From NCBI GenBank assembly GCA_963833985.1, contig CAWIAD010000001.1:1632001-1696000 (forward strand): a stretch of DNA of 64,000 bases, read 5' to 3'. Positions 55,426-64,000 of this stretch are shown piece after piece; position 1 is the first letter of the stretch; every line of letters starts with the position of its first letter. This DNA is from an uncultured Planctomycetaceae bacterium. GTDB lineage: Bacteria > Planctomycetota > Planctomycetia > Isosphaerales > Isosphaeraceae. Made by a program: the position numbers and the translations under genes. The notes beneath the pieces are model-generated. The model searched no databases, was not told where the DNA came from, and worked only from the letters and a program-made list of their open reading frames with translations.

Positions 55426-57336
55426 TCAGAGCGACAGCAGGTATGCGACAAGGTCGTCGATCTGGGGCTTGCTCAGGTGCGATGTCCGTCCATGCCGATC
55501 GGCGCTGTTGCGGCTGGTGAGCAGTTCTTGCAGGCTCACGCACGAGCCGTCGTGCAGGAACGGGGCGGTACGCCAGAGCTCCACGAGGGCCGGGGTGTCG
55601 AAGAGCGTGCGGCCCTGGTCGAAGGGCCCGGCGGTTCCAACGTCGTGAGCGTGCATGTCGGTCCGCAGGCCCCCGCTGTGGCAGCCCGCGCAGCCGGTTT
55701 CCGGGCTACGAAAGAGGGCTTCTCCCCGACGGGCCGCGGGGGAAAGCGCGCCATGAACCCGCGTCGGGCTTGGCAGCGGTTGCAGCGAGCGCAGGTAGGC
55801 ATCGAGGGCGGCCGGCACGTCCTCGCTCTGGACCGTGAACAGGATATGGCTCAATCCGGCACGCACGGCGGTCTCGGCGGTCTCGCGCACGCCACTGCTC
55901 ATCGCCGGCGGAGTGCGATGCGCCCAGAGCAAGCTTTTGGTGTTCCTGGGGTTGCCGATGCCGTCGTTGAGCAGGTCCCAGTTCAGGCCGTCGACCCGCG
56001 CGTCGTCCGAGTGGCAACTGGCACAGCTCTGCCAGCCCTGGAACGAGAGAGTGGCATCGTTGAAGAGCATCTCGCCGCGGCGGATCGGTGAGGCCGTTTG
56101 CGGAGGTCCCTGCGCCATCGTCACAGGCTCCAGCGGCCCATCGCGGAGGTCGACGCGCTCGACCGTATCGGAAAAATAACCCGCGGCGAAGAGCTGGGAA
56201 CCGGCGATTGCCAGCGAGCGCGGGCCGTTGCCCGCCAGGGGCACACGCCTGCGAATGCCCACCAGGAAGGCCAGGTCGCTGGGCACGTCGGCGGCCACGC
56301 GCGAGGCGGCCTGGAAGCTTTCGTGACGCGACGGTGCTGGTTTCACGGTCAGGCTCCGGAGCCTGGCCAGTAAGGCCGGCACGTCGATGACGCTCAGGTC
56401 GTGCGTTCCGGCGTGACTCACCGCGAGGATCTGGCTGTCGGCCGTCCAGGCGATCGCCCAGGGATTCGCGGCGCCACGGTCCACCTCGTCCAGCAGCACC
56501 GTATTGATGACCGCGCGTGCGGGTATGTCGATGAGTGTGAGCGCACCGGTGTTCATCCAGCCTCGATCGACCTGCGTCGTGGGCACCTTGAAGTGCGCCA
56601 GGTTGTGCGAAACGGCCGCGATCCGGCCATCGGGCGCGATGTTGATCTCGCGGAGCAGCCCGCTGCCGGCCGGCAATGCGAGGTGTGCGGCGACCTTGCG
56701 GGTCGCAAGATCGACCACGCTCACGCCCGCGGAGACCGGTCCTTGATCCGCACGCCCGTCCGGAAGGTGATGGGCAATGAGCAGGGTCTTGCCGTCGGTC
56801 GTGAGCGCCAGCGCGATGGGCTGGCGCGGCACGGCGATGTGCACGGGCTCGGACTTTTGCGACAGTTCGTGGACCGTCACGCAGTCGTCGAATCGGTCGC
56901 AGACGTAAAGCCGCTTGCCGTCCGGCGCGAGCACCGGGCTGCGCGTCGCATGACCGGCCGGCAAACAACTCGCCACGGTTCCCCGGGCTATATCGATGGA
57001 ACAGATGCGGCTCTCGGCGGCACCGCAGGTCACGAATAGCCTTGACCCGTCGGCGCTCAGGGCCAGGCCCGATGGGGCGTCAGGCAACTCGATACGCTGC
57101 ACCCATTTCCCGGTATCCCGGTCCAGGACCAGCACGGCCCGGGCTGTGGCGCAGGCGACGAACAGCCTGTGACTGTTCGCCGCGGGCACCATCGCCACGG
57201 GCGCAAGGCCGGCCTCGCGCGGCCGGGCTTCAGAGGCCGGCCCCTCCGGGTCCGCGGCGCATGCTGCCGAAGCGAGAATGGCCATGACGAAAGTGCCGCG
57301 CAGCAGGATCGACAATCCATCGGTTGATCTTTTCAT
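55426..57336 (-). CDS. YncE/YVTN beta-propeller fused to a di-heme cytochrome c peroxidase/MauG-like domain
   Basis: Signal peptide, DGxRL repeats, WQSCASCH, WDLLNDGIGNPRNT, CAGCH, TPAL...TAPFLHDGS. Confidence 0.85.
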   Translation of the reverse strand: MKRSTDGLSILLRGTFVMAILASAACAADPEGPASEARPREAGLAPVAMVPAANSHRLFVACATARAVLVLDRDTGKWVQRIELPDAPSGLALSADGSRLFVTCGAAESRICSIDIARGTVASCLPAGHATRSPVLAPDGKRLYVCDRFDDCVTVHELSQKSEPVHIAVPRQPIALALTTDGKTLLIAHHLPDGRADQGPVSAGVSVVDLATRKVAAHLALPAGSGLLREINIAPDGRIAAVSHNLAHFKVPTTQVDRGWMNTGALTLIDIPARAVINTVLLDEVDRGAANPWAIAWTADSQILAVSHAGTHDLSVIDVPALLARLRSLTVKPAPSRHESFQAASRVAADVPSDLAFLVGIRRRVPLAGNGPRSLAIAGSQLFAAGYFSDTVERVDLRDGPLEPVTMAQGPPQTASPIRRGEMLFNDATLSFQGWQSCASCHSDDARVDGLNWDLLNDGIGNPRNTKSLLWAHRTPPAMSSGVRETAETAVRAGLSHILFTVQSEDVPAALDAYLRSLQPLPSPTRVHGALSPAARRGEALFRSPETGCAGCHSGGLRTDMHAHDVGTAGPFDQGRTLFDTPALVELWRTAPFLHDGSCVSLQELLTSRNSADRHGRTSHLSKPQIDDLVAYLLSL

Positions 57337-57894
57337 GACCTTGCTTGGCCTCAGGGTGAGCGCCGCTGGCCAGGCCGATTGCGACACGGCCGTCACCGGC
57401 GGACGGCAGGTGCGAACCAAGGCCGGCCGGCCGGCCGATCGGTTGAGACGGACAGGTGCTCCGTGCCCGGCGTGCGGCAAGCCAAAGATCCTCTCGGCAA
57501 GATCCCAGTGCTCTGCGGGGTCTCTGTGCAGCAAGCGAGCCCGGCGCGGGCGTTCTCCGCGCTCATCACGGCTCAGGTTCAGTCTCAGGCAATTTTGATC
57601 GAGGCTGCGTTTGAAGTCGCTGCCGTGTACCCAGCGGTACTACGGCCGTCGCGGTAGGAGGGAAAACAGAAACCTGACGCACGCAGCCTAGCACGGAACA
57701 AGGCACATGGCAACCCGGAAGCCGGGAGGGTTGGGGGCGTAAGATAGACTCCCTGGATCAACGTCAGACAGGTTCCGGTCCAGGCGTCGCGGCAGCGGAC
57801 CGGTTCGCCTTGCTCAGCGTGCGGGCGCCGGTGGTTCGCGCCGGGGCGCCGTCGTCGACGATCTGCGGGTCGACGACGGAGACCCGGGGACGGC

Positions 57895-59688
57895 TCACGA
57901 GTAAAGGCTGCTCTCGAGGTACGAGCGGTATTCGTAGCCTTTCATCTTTTGCACATACGTTTGTGTGCCATCGGGGAGCACCTCGATGGTCTGCCCGAAG
58001 AGATTACCATTCGACCCTTGGCCCCCGGACGTGAAGGCAAGGTTCCCATTGGGGAGTAGTTGAGCACTCCCGAGGAAGGCGGAGTAGTTGCCCAGGTCGG
58101 CATTCACCACCAGGGTCGCCTTCATCGTTTGCTCGTTGAGCACCAGCTCCTGCCCGCGGCTATGCGCGTTATGGTTCGACTTGTGACGGGTGTTCCCGTC
58201 GTCGAAGAGCACGATGGTCGTATCGTTGATGTAACTCACGTCGTGCTGGTGAGAGAACCAGGAGTCCGGGCCCGTGCCCCTGAGGTCAAAATTGCCGCCC
58301 TTGCCCAGCTTCCAGACGACGTGGCCGTCACCCGTGCCGTTGCTGTAGTCGATCTTGATCACCCAGTCCTGGGCGCGCAGGAAGACGATGAGGTTTCCAT
58401 CGGCGGGCGACCAGCTCACGGAGTTGCCGTGCAGCCAGTCTCCCGGTCCCTCGCCATCCGTGCCCAGACGGCTGGTCTTCAGCCAGTTAAAGGAGTTCCA
58501 GACCCACGATACCTGAAAGTTCTGGTCCAGCACGAGCACCATGTCGCCGGTGAACTTCGTGCGATGCCCCTTGTAAAGGACCTTCTTCTGAGTGCTTGCC
58601 AGGACGGCCGTGTCGCCATTGGGCAACAACTTGACCTCGTGGTCGAAATCAATGATCGACGGCTGCCCCATCGCGGCTAACTCGGCGTTGACGGCGGAGA
58701 TGTTCGTCTCGTGCAGGGTATCGCCGGCCAGGTCGGCCACCCGCACCGTGTCAAAGCCGCCGGCAACACCAACGGCCGTGCCTCCGAGCATCATCACCCT
58801 GCCCCCCGGCGCAAGGCTCGTGGAATAGCCGGGGAAGTTACTGGCCAGCGGGTCATAATACCAGATCACGTTACCGTTCAGGTCTGTCGCCAGTGTTGTG
58901 ACGTTGTGCATCGTCGTGTACTGGTTCGCGACCGCAGCGTGGAAGACCATGTTCTGACTCGGGTCCGCACCGGCGGTCGGTGGCAACTGCTCGGTGAAGG
59001 TTGGGAAGGTCAAGCCCGCTGGCAAGCTCCCGGTGGTGAACGTAATAGGAGTGGACGTGGTCCCATCGGCCAGGACGTGCCTCATGAGGTACGTCGTATT
59101 GGGCAGCATACCGGCGACGATGAAGTTGGTGCTCTCCCCGGGTACGATCGCTTGCGAGGAGGTGCTTTGCCAGACTGGCGACGTGCTTTGCTGGGCGAAC
59201 TGAACGTACATGGTGGCACCGGAGGAGGGCGGGGCACTGTACAGGGCAACCAGCGGGTTCGCCATCGGTGTGATCACCGCGCTGTTGCCCACGATACGGG
59301 TCTGCGCCGTGTACTTCGCACTGCCGGGATCGGCGGTGGACGCGCCGTAGCTCGCCTTGACGACCACCTGGATGTGATAGGTGCCTTCTTGCAAGGGGTT
59401 CCAGGTGAAGCTACTGGTGGGGCTGAAGTCGCGGACCACGTGAGAGACCCCACCGGCCTGCCCGACGCTGAACTGGTAAACGGGCGATGTCCCGTCGCCG
59501 CTGGCCGCGGCCGTCCAGATCACCGGCGATCCCACCAGCGGAACAGGCGGCCCGCTCGCCGACAGGGTGACGGACATGAGTGAGCGCTCCTCAAGGGGAG
59601 TGCACCGCGGCCGGTGACATCGGCAACGTCGAACTGCCGTTGGTTTCGTCCGAACTTGCCTGCGGAAGGGGCTCAGGAGATGCCACAT
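57895..59688 (-). CDS. Aryl-sulfate sulfotransferase with LExR-type N-terminal motif
   Basis: LEERSLMS, NPLVALY, DHE, DWLHGNS, HQHD, LFDDGN. Confidence 0.85.
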   Translation of the reverse strand: MWHLLSPFRRQVRTKPTAVRRCRCHRPRCTPLEERSLMSVTLSASGPPVPLVGSPVIWTAAASGDGTSPVYQFSVGQAGGVSHVVRDFSPTSSFTWNPLQEGTYHIQVVVKASYGASTADPGSAKYTAQTRIVGNSAVITPMANPLVALYSAPPSSGATMYVQFAQQSTSPVWQSTSSQAIVPGESTNFIVAGMLPNTTYLMRHVLADGTTSTPITFTTGSLPAGLTFPTFTEQLPPTAGADPSQNMVFHAAVANQYTTMHNVTTLATDLNGNVIWYYDPLASNFPGYSTSLAPGGRVMMLGGTAVGVAGGFDTVRVADLAGDTLHETNISAVNAELAAMGQPSIIDFDHEVKLLPNGDTAVLASTQKKVLYKGHRTKFTGDMVLVLDQNFQVSWVWNSFNWLKTSRLGTDGEGPGDWLHGNSVSWSPADGNLIVFLRAQDWVIKIDYSNGTGDGHVVWKLGKGGNFDLRGTGPDSWFSHQHDVSYINDTTIVLFDDGNTRHKSNHNAHSRGQELVLNEQTMKATLVVNADLGNYSAFLGSAQLLPNGNLAFTSGGQGSNGNLFGQTIEVLPDGTQTYVQKMKGYEYRSYLESSLYS

Positions 59689-60216
59689 CGAAAAAAACCC
59701 TCCAAAGCAAGCGATGACGGAGCGGGGACTGTCACGAGTCCTCGGTCCCGGATGGCTGTCTCCGGGGCTCGGCAACCACTCGCATGTCAGGCAGGCGGAT
59801 CACGGAACCGCTCAGGGCGCGGAGCCTCACTTTCATCCATGGGGCCTGCGCAGCGGGCTGCGCGCACCAACCCGGTTCGCTCCGGACATGGCCCATGCCA
59901 GGGAGATGAGAGCTGGTTGCCCCGCCCGTCGCTCGTGCGGCTATTTCCACCGCTCGGAGTTCGCTCGGATCATCCCAACCGGCCGTGTGCTCGCTACGCG
60001 TACGCCCCATCCCGTTGCACGTCAATATGATGTGCTGGCAGTCAGGACTTGCAGATGGCTAAAGCACGGCACACCGGGTTCACAAGACAAAGAATGTACG
60101 CGTCTTCGACAGACTCGGCCGAACGGTGTACGGACATAAGTAAACAGGTAGGGATCGCTATTGCAAGAAAAAAGAGAACAAAAGGTTGTTTAATTTTCTT
60201 TAGTGCAAGAAGCGAG

Positions 60217-60251
60217 TGAAAGGGGGGCGTACGAATGTGTACTCGCCCCCC
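60217..60251 (-). terminator. Possible hairpin terminator
   Basis: GGGGGGCG/CGCCCCCC stem followed by TTT on the minus strand, downstream of the methyltransferase. Confidence 0.3.
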
Positions 60252-60390
60252 CCCGAACAGTCAAATAATATTACATATCTCTGATATATAAATCCAGAAG
60301 GCCCATGGTCGACCGGAGCTTGTGGATCCGGCTGGAGTGAGGCCTCCGTCCCCGACTTCGATCACGGCGATGGGGAATTCAATGCGGTGC

Positions 60391-61128
60391 TCAACGCGAC
60401 GGAGGAACGGGAGCCTTTTCGAACACCGCGAAGAAGTTCTCCTTCAGGGCCACGGCGTCATTCGTCTTTGGCGGGCCGAAGCCCGCGGCCTGGACCTCGC
60501 GGAAGTAGACTTCCTTCTCGGCCCGGGCGCGGTGGCCGCCGTGCGAACCGCTTTCCTTGTGAAGATCGAAGTCGATGAGCACCAGGCGGCCGCCCGGGCG
60601 AAGCGCTTGATGGATGGACGAGAGAATCTTCTGGGGATGCTCGAAGTGATGATAGGTCGCACAGATGAAGGCCACGTCGATCGAGGCCGGAGGCAGGTTC
60701 GTGGTGCCGTCCGCGCCGCGGGTCGGTTTGACCACACCCTCCAGACCACGCTCCTTCACCTGTTTCCGGATGTAACCCAGGAAGGCAGGAGAGATGTCCA
60801 CGGCATAGACCTGGCCCTTCGGGCCGACCTGCTCGGCGAATAGAAACGTGTACAGCCCCGTCCCCGCGCCGATGTCGGCAACGCCCATGCCGGGACGCAG
60901 GCCGATCGCCGAGACGATCTGCTTGCGCTGCGCGTAAATATCCCGCGTATCGTTCTCGAAACGCGCGACGAACGCCTTGACATCCAGGTCCTCCTTCTGG
61001 AACTGCTTGTTCATCTCGCGTGGCGTATGCTTCATCGCATCGTGCTCCTGGGCCAACACCCGCACCGGGAACCGTACCGTAACGGCAACCAGAGCCACCA
61101 GGAACAACCGCCAGGTTCGTCCGTCCAT
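60391..61128 (-). CDS. Class I SAM-dependent methyltransferase with signal-like N-terminus
   Basis: VADIGAGTG, YAVDI, YHHFE, LRPGG. Confidence 0.9.
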   Translation of the reverse strand: MDGRTWRLFLVALVAVTVRFPVRVLAQEHDAMKHTPREMNKQFQKEDLDVKAFVARFENDTRDIYAQRKQIVSAIGLRPGMGVADIGAGTGLYTFLFAEQVGPKGQVYAVDISPAFLGYIRKQVKERGLEGVVKPTRGADGTTNLPPASIDVAFICATYHHFEHPQKILSSIHQALRPGGRLVLIDFDLHKESGSHGGHRARAEKEVYFREVQAAGFGPPKTNDAVALKENFFAVFEKAPVPPSR

Positions 61129-61264
61129 CCGCGCGCCCCTTGATGCCTGGAGTATCGGGTCATGACCTTTGATTCTGACCCATCCCGAGGTGCGCGGGAA
61201 TAGCCTGGCGAGTTAAACCCAGGAGGTTGACGGCCAAGGCGGACAGGTGTTCCGAAAGGCCGCA

Positions 61265-61876
61265 TTACCGGGTGCGTTTCTCGGCCAGGGCATGCAGATC
61301 GAGGTCCGTCGAGGGCCGGGTCTCGGCCTTCAGCACTTTCCGCATCTGCTCGAGTGCAGCGCGGTTCTCCTCGGCGGTGTTCGACGCCACGCAATCCGCC
61401 GGCACGAAGAGGCGGAAGTCCCTCATGTAGGCGTCATTCGCGGTGAACAGCACGCAGTTGTTGCCCGCGATGCCGGTGATGATGAGGGTCCGTGCGCCCA
61501 GGTATTCCAGCAGGATGTCCAGGCTTGTCGAGAAGAACCCCGAGTGCTTGGGCTTGAGGACGAAGTAATCTTCAGACCCGGGCATGAGCATCCTCGCCAG
61601 GGGCTGGCCGCGCACGCCGTCTTGCAGGCAGTGTTCCACCTGGGCGTTGAAGTTGGACCGCCAGCGTCCGAAGTTGTCATTGACGTACACAACCGGGACT
61701 TCCGCCTCCCTGGCCTGCCGCTTGAGCTCAACCAGGCGGCGGGCCATCGGCAAGGCCTGCTGGAGCATCTGCTCGCCCTCCGGAAAATCCAGGTCATTGA
61801 TCACGTCGATGAGCAAGAGCGCCAGGGCCGCCTTGTCCGGCGCATTGCCATGCAGATCCTCGTTTCCGAAACCCAT
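61265..61876 (-). CDS. Isochorismatase-family cysteine hydrolase
   Basis: LLLIDVIN, KPKHSGF, GNNCVLFTA.DAYMRD. Confidence 0.9.
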   Translation of the reverse strand: MGFGNEDLHGNAPDKAALALLLIDVINDLDFPEGEQMLQQALPMARRLVELKRQAREAEVPVVYVNDNFGRWRSNFNAQVEHCLQDGVRGQPLARMLMPGSEDYFVLKPKHSGFFSTSLDILLEYLGARTLIITGIAGNNCVLFTANDAYMRDFRLFVPADCVASNTAEENRAALEQMRKVLKAETRPSTDLDLHALAEKRTR

Positions 61877-62120
61877 GGGGTGGATCTCCGCTGCTGGGCT
61901 CGACCTCCGCTGCTGATGGAAAATGCCCTGCTTTCCATCCGCGTGCAGAACGGATGCCGGACGGCGGATCAGGTCCAGAGTGCACGCGTGCATTTCTCCC
62001 GGTCTTGCCGGAATCAGGGGAAGACGTGTAGAATTCGATCGCTGCAAACGTGTTGGTATACCGCACTCGATTCCGTCCGGGAGCAAGGCCTTCCCGCGTA
62101 CCGGGAGGGGTTGGAGATTC

Positions 62121-63947
62121 ATGAAGCGACGCGATGACATCCGCAACGTGGCCATCATTGCCCACGTGGACCATGGGAAGACGACGCTGGTCGATGCGAT
62201 GCTTCGCCAGTCCGGGCAGTTCCGGGCCTCTCAGCTTCAAGGTGAGCGGATCCTGGACTCGAACGACCTCGAGCGCGAGCGCGGGATCACGATCCTGGCG
62301 AAGAACATCGCCATCCAGTACCACGAGACGAAGATCAACCTCATCGACACGCCGGGGCACGCCGATTTTGGCGGCGAGGTCGAGCGGACGCTGCAAATGG
62401 CCGACGGTGCGCTGGTGCTCGTGGACGCGTTCGAGGGGCCGATGCCGCAGACGAAGTTCGTGCTGCGCAAGGCGTTTGGCTGCCACATCCGGCCCATAGT
62501 GGTGATCAACAAGGTGGACCGGCCGGACGCCCGGCCCAACGAGGTGCTCAACGAGGTCTTCGACACCTTCGTGGAGCTGGGTGCCAGCGAGGAGCAGCTC
62601 GATTTCGCGTACATCTTCGCTTCGGGCAAGGCTGGCTTCGCCTCGCACGACCCGGCGGCGACCTCCGGTGACGTCCGGCCCCTCTTCGACCTGATCGTGG
62701 AGCGGGTGCCCGGCCCGGTGGTCGAACCCGATGCGCCTTTCTCGGTGCTCTGCACGACACTCGACTTCTCCGAGTACGTGGGCCGGATCGCCATTGGCCG
62801 GATCGTCTCGGGGCGCGTCCAGCGCGGGCAAAAGGCCGCCCTGCTGAAGGCCAACGGCGTGAGCGTCTCGGGCTCGATCGACAGCGTGCTGCTCTTCGAC
62901 AAGCTCGGCCGCGTGGAGGTGCAGGAGGCCGAGGCGGGCGACATCGTGGCCATCGTCGGCCTCTCGACCGTCGAGATTGGCGACACCATCGCCGCGCCGG
63001 AACATACCGTGGCACTGCCGCGGATCGAGGTGGGCGAGCCCACCCTGAGCATGCTCTTCACCGTGAATAACTCGCCCTTAGCCGGCGAGGGGCAGTACCT
63101 CACCTCGCGGCACATCCACGACCGGCTCATGCGCGAGCTGGAGTCGAATGTGGCGCTGAAGGTCGAGGTGACCGAGGACGGCGATGCGTTCCAGGTCTCC
63201 GGGCGCGGGCTGCTGCACCTCTCGGTGCTCATCGAGACGATGCGCCGCGAGGGCTACGAGCTGTCCGTGGGCAAGCCGGAGGTCATCGTCAAGCGGATCG
63301 GCGGGGTCGATCACGAACCCTACGAGTTCTTGGTGGTCGACGTCCCGCACAGCCACATCGGACCGGTGATGGAACTGGTGGGCGCCCGCCGGGGCGAGAT
63401 GAGCAAGATGGACGGCAAGGGCGCGTACGCGCACCTGGAGTTCCTCATCCCGGCGCGCGGCCTGATCGGACTGCGCAACCGGCTCATGAGCGCCACGCAG
63501 GGCGAGGCCATCATGCACCACAACTTTCATGACTACCGGCCGCTCAAGGGAGACATTCCCAGCCGGGGCAACGGCGTCATGGTAAGCATGGTGAGCGGCC
63601 CGGCCGTGGCCTTCTCTCTGGACAACCTTCAGCAGCGCGGCACCATGTTCGTGCAGCCCGGCGATGCGATCTATGAGGGAATGATCATCGCGGAGAACGC
63701 CCGCAGCGACGACATGGTGGTCAACCCGTGCAAGGAGAAGAAGCTCACGAACATGCGGGCCTCCGGTTCGGACCGGAACATCCTGCTGAAACCTCCCCGC
63801 CTGCTCACCCTCGAGATCGCGCTGGAGTACATCGAGGACGACGAACTGGTGGAGATCACCCCCAGCAAGATCCGGCTCCGCAAGAAGGTGCTCAAGGAGG
63901 AGGGCCGCCGGCGCATCGAGCGCGGGGGCAAGAAGGTCGGCGTGTGA
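62121..63947 (+). CDS. typA: Translational GTPase TypA/BipA
   Basis: IAHVDHGKTT, ERERGITILAKN, DTPGH, NKVD, GRGLLHL, KKLTNMRASG. Confidence 0.97.
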   Translation: MKRRDDIRNVAIIAHVDHGKTTLVDAMLRQSGQFRASQLQGERILDSNDLERERGITILAKNIAIQYHETKINLIDTPGHADFGGEVERTLQMADGALVLVDAFEGPMPQTKFVLRKAFGCHIRPIVVINKVDRPDARPNEVLNEVFDTFVELGASEEQLDFAYIFASGKAGFASHDPAATSGDVRPLFDLIVERVPGPVVEPDAPFSVLCTTLDFSEYVGRIAIGRIVSGRVQRGQKAALLKANGVSVSGSIDSVLLFDKLGRVEVQEAEAGDIVAIVGLSTVEIGDTIAAPEHTVALPRIEVGEPTLSMLFTVNNSPLAGEGQYLTSRHIHDRLMRELESNVALKVEVTEDGDAFQVSGRGLLHLSVLIETMRREGYELSVGKPEVIVKRIGGVDHEPYEFLVVDVPHSHIGPVMELVGARRGEMSKMDGKGAYAHLEFLIPARGLIGLRNRLMSATQGEAIMHHNFHDYRPLKGDIPSRGNGVMVSMVSGPAVAFSLDNLQQRGTMFVQPGDAIYEGMIIAENARSDDMVVNPCKEKKLTNMRASGSDRNILLKPPRLLTLEIALEYIEDDELVEITPSKIRLRKKVLKEEGRRRIERGGKKVGV

Positions 63948-64000
63948 GCCGCATGCGAGGCCTGCATCTAGTCTAACCGTTGCCGGCACGCCTGCGCCGT

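Noticed and set aside
52785..57336. Claim that the organism performs anammox
   Set aside because: Only architectural similarity; no HAO/HDH or other anammox markers in the window

Overview
GC-rich bacterial chromosome segment. Gene content (LExR-motif exported protein, PVC-type heme protein, DUF1571-like lipoprotein, enlarged ACP) suggests a planctomycete, probably Isosphaeraceae-like (inference). From left to right: two nested IS1634-family elements that truncate a dockerin/repeat-bearing glycan-active gene; an Aas-like lipid recycling fusion; a PVC-type heme/HEAT protein; a CheB/CheR fusion plus hybrid kinase; efp and two peptidases; a type II fatty-acid/polyketide-like cluster (FabZ-ACP-FabZ-inactive KS-active KS-hydrolase-GH3 ligase); a DUF1571-like lipoprotein, response regulator, Ni/Co transporter, enolase-superfamily enzyme and hydrolase; msrB, fumC and several hypotheticals, including a tandem pair of small paralogs; an ExeA-like ATPase, Ser/Thr kinase and accA; a two-gene module with hydrazine-synthase-like architecture; an arylsulfotransferase, a methyltransferase, an isochorismatase and typA. 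At least eight frameshifts in otherwise intact genes look like long-read assembly errors. No rRNA, tRNA or CRISPR array was seen. All product calls come from motif recognition by eye, with no database search.
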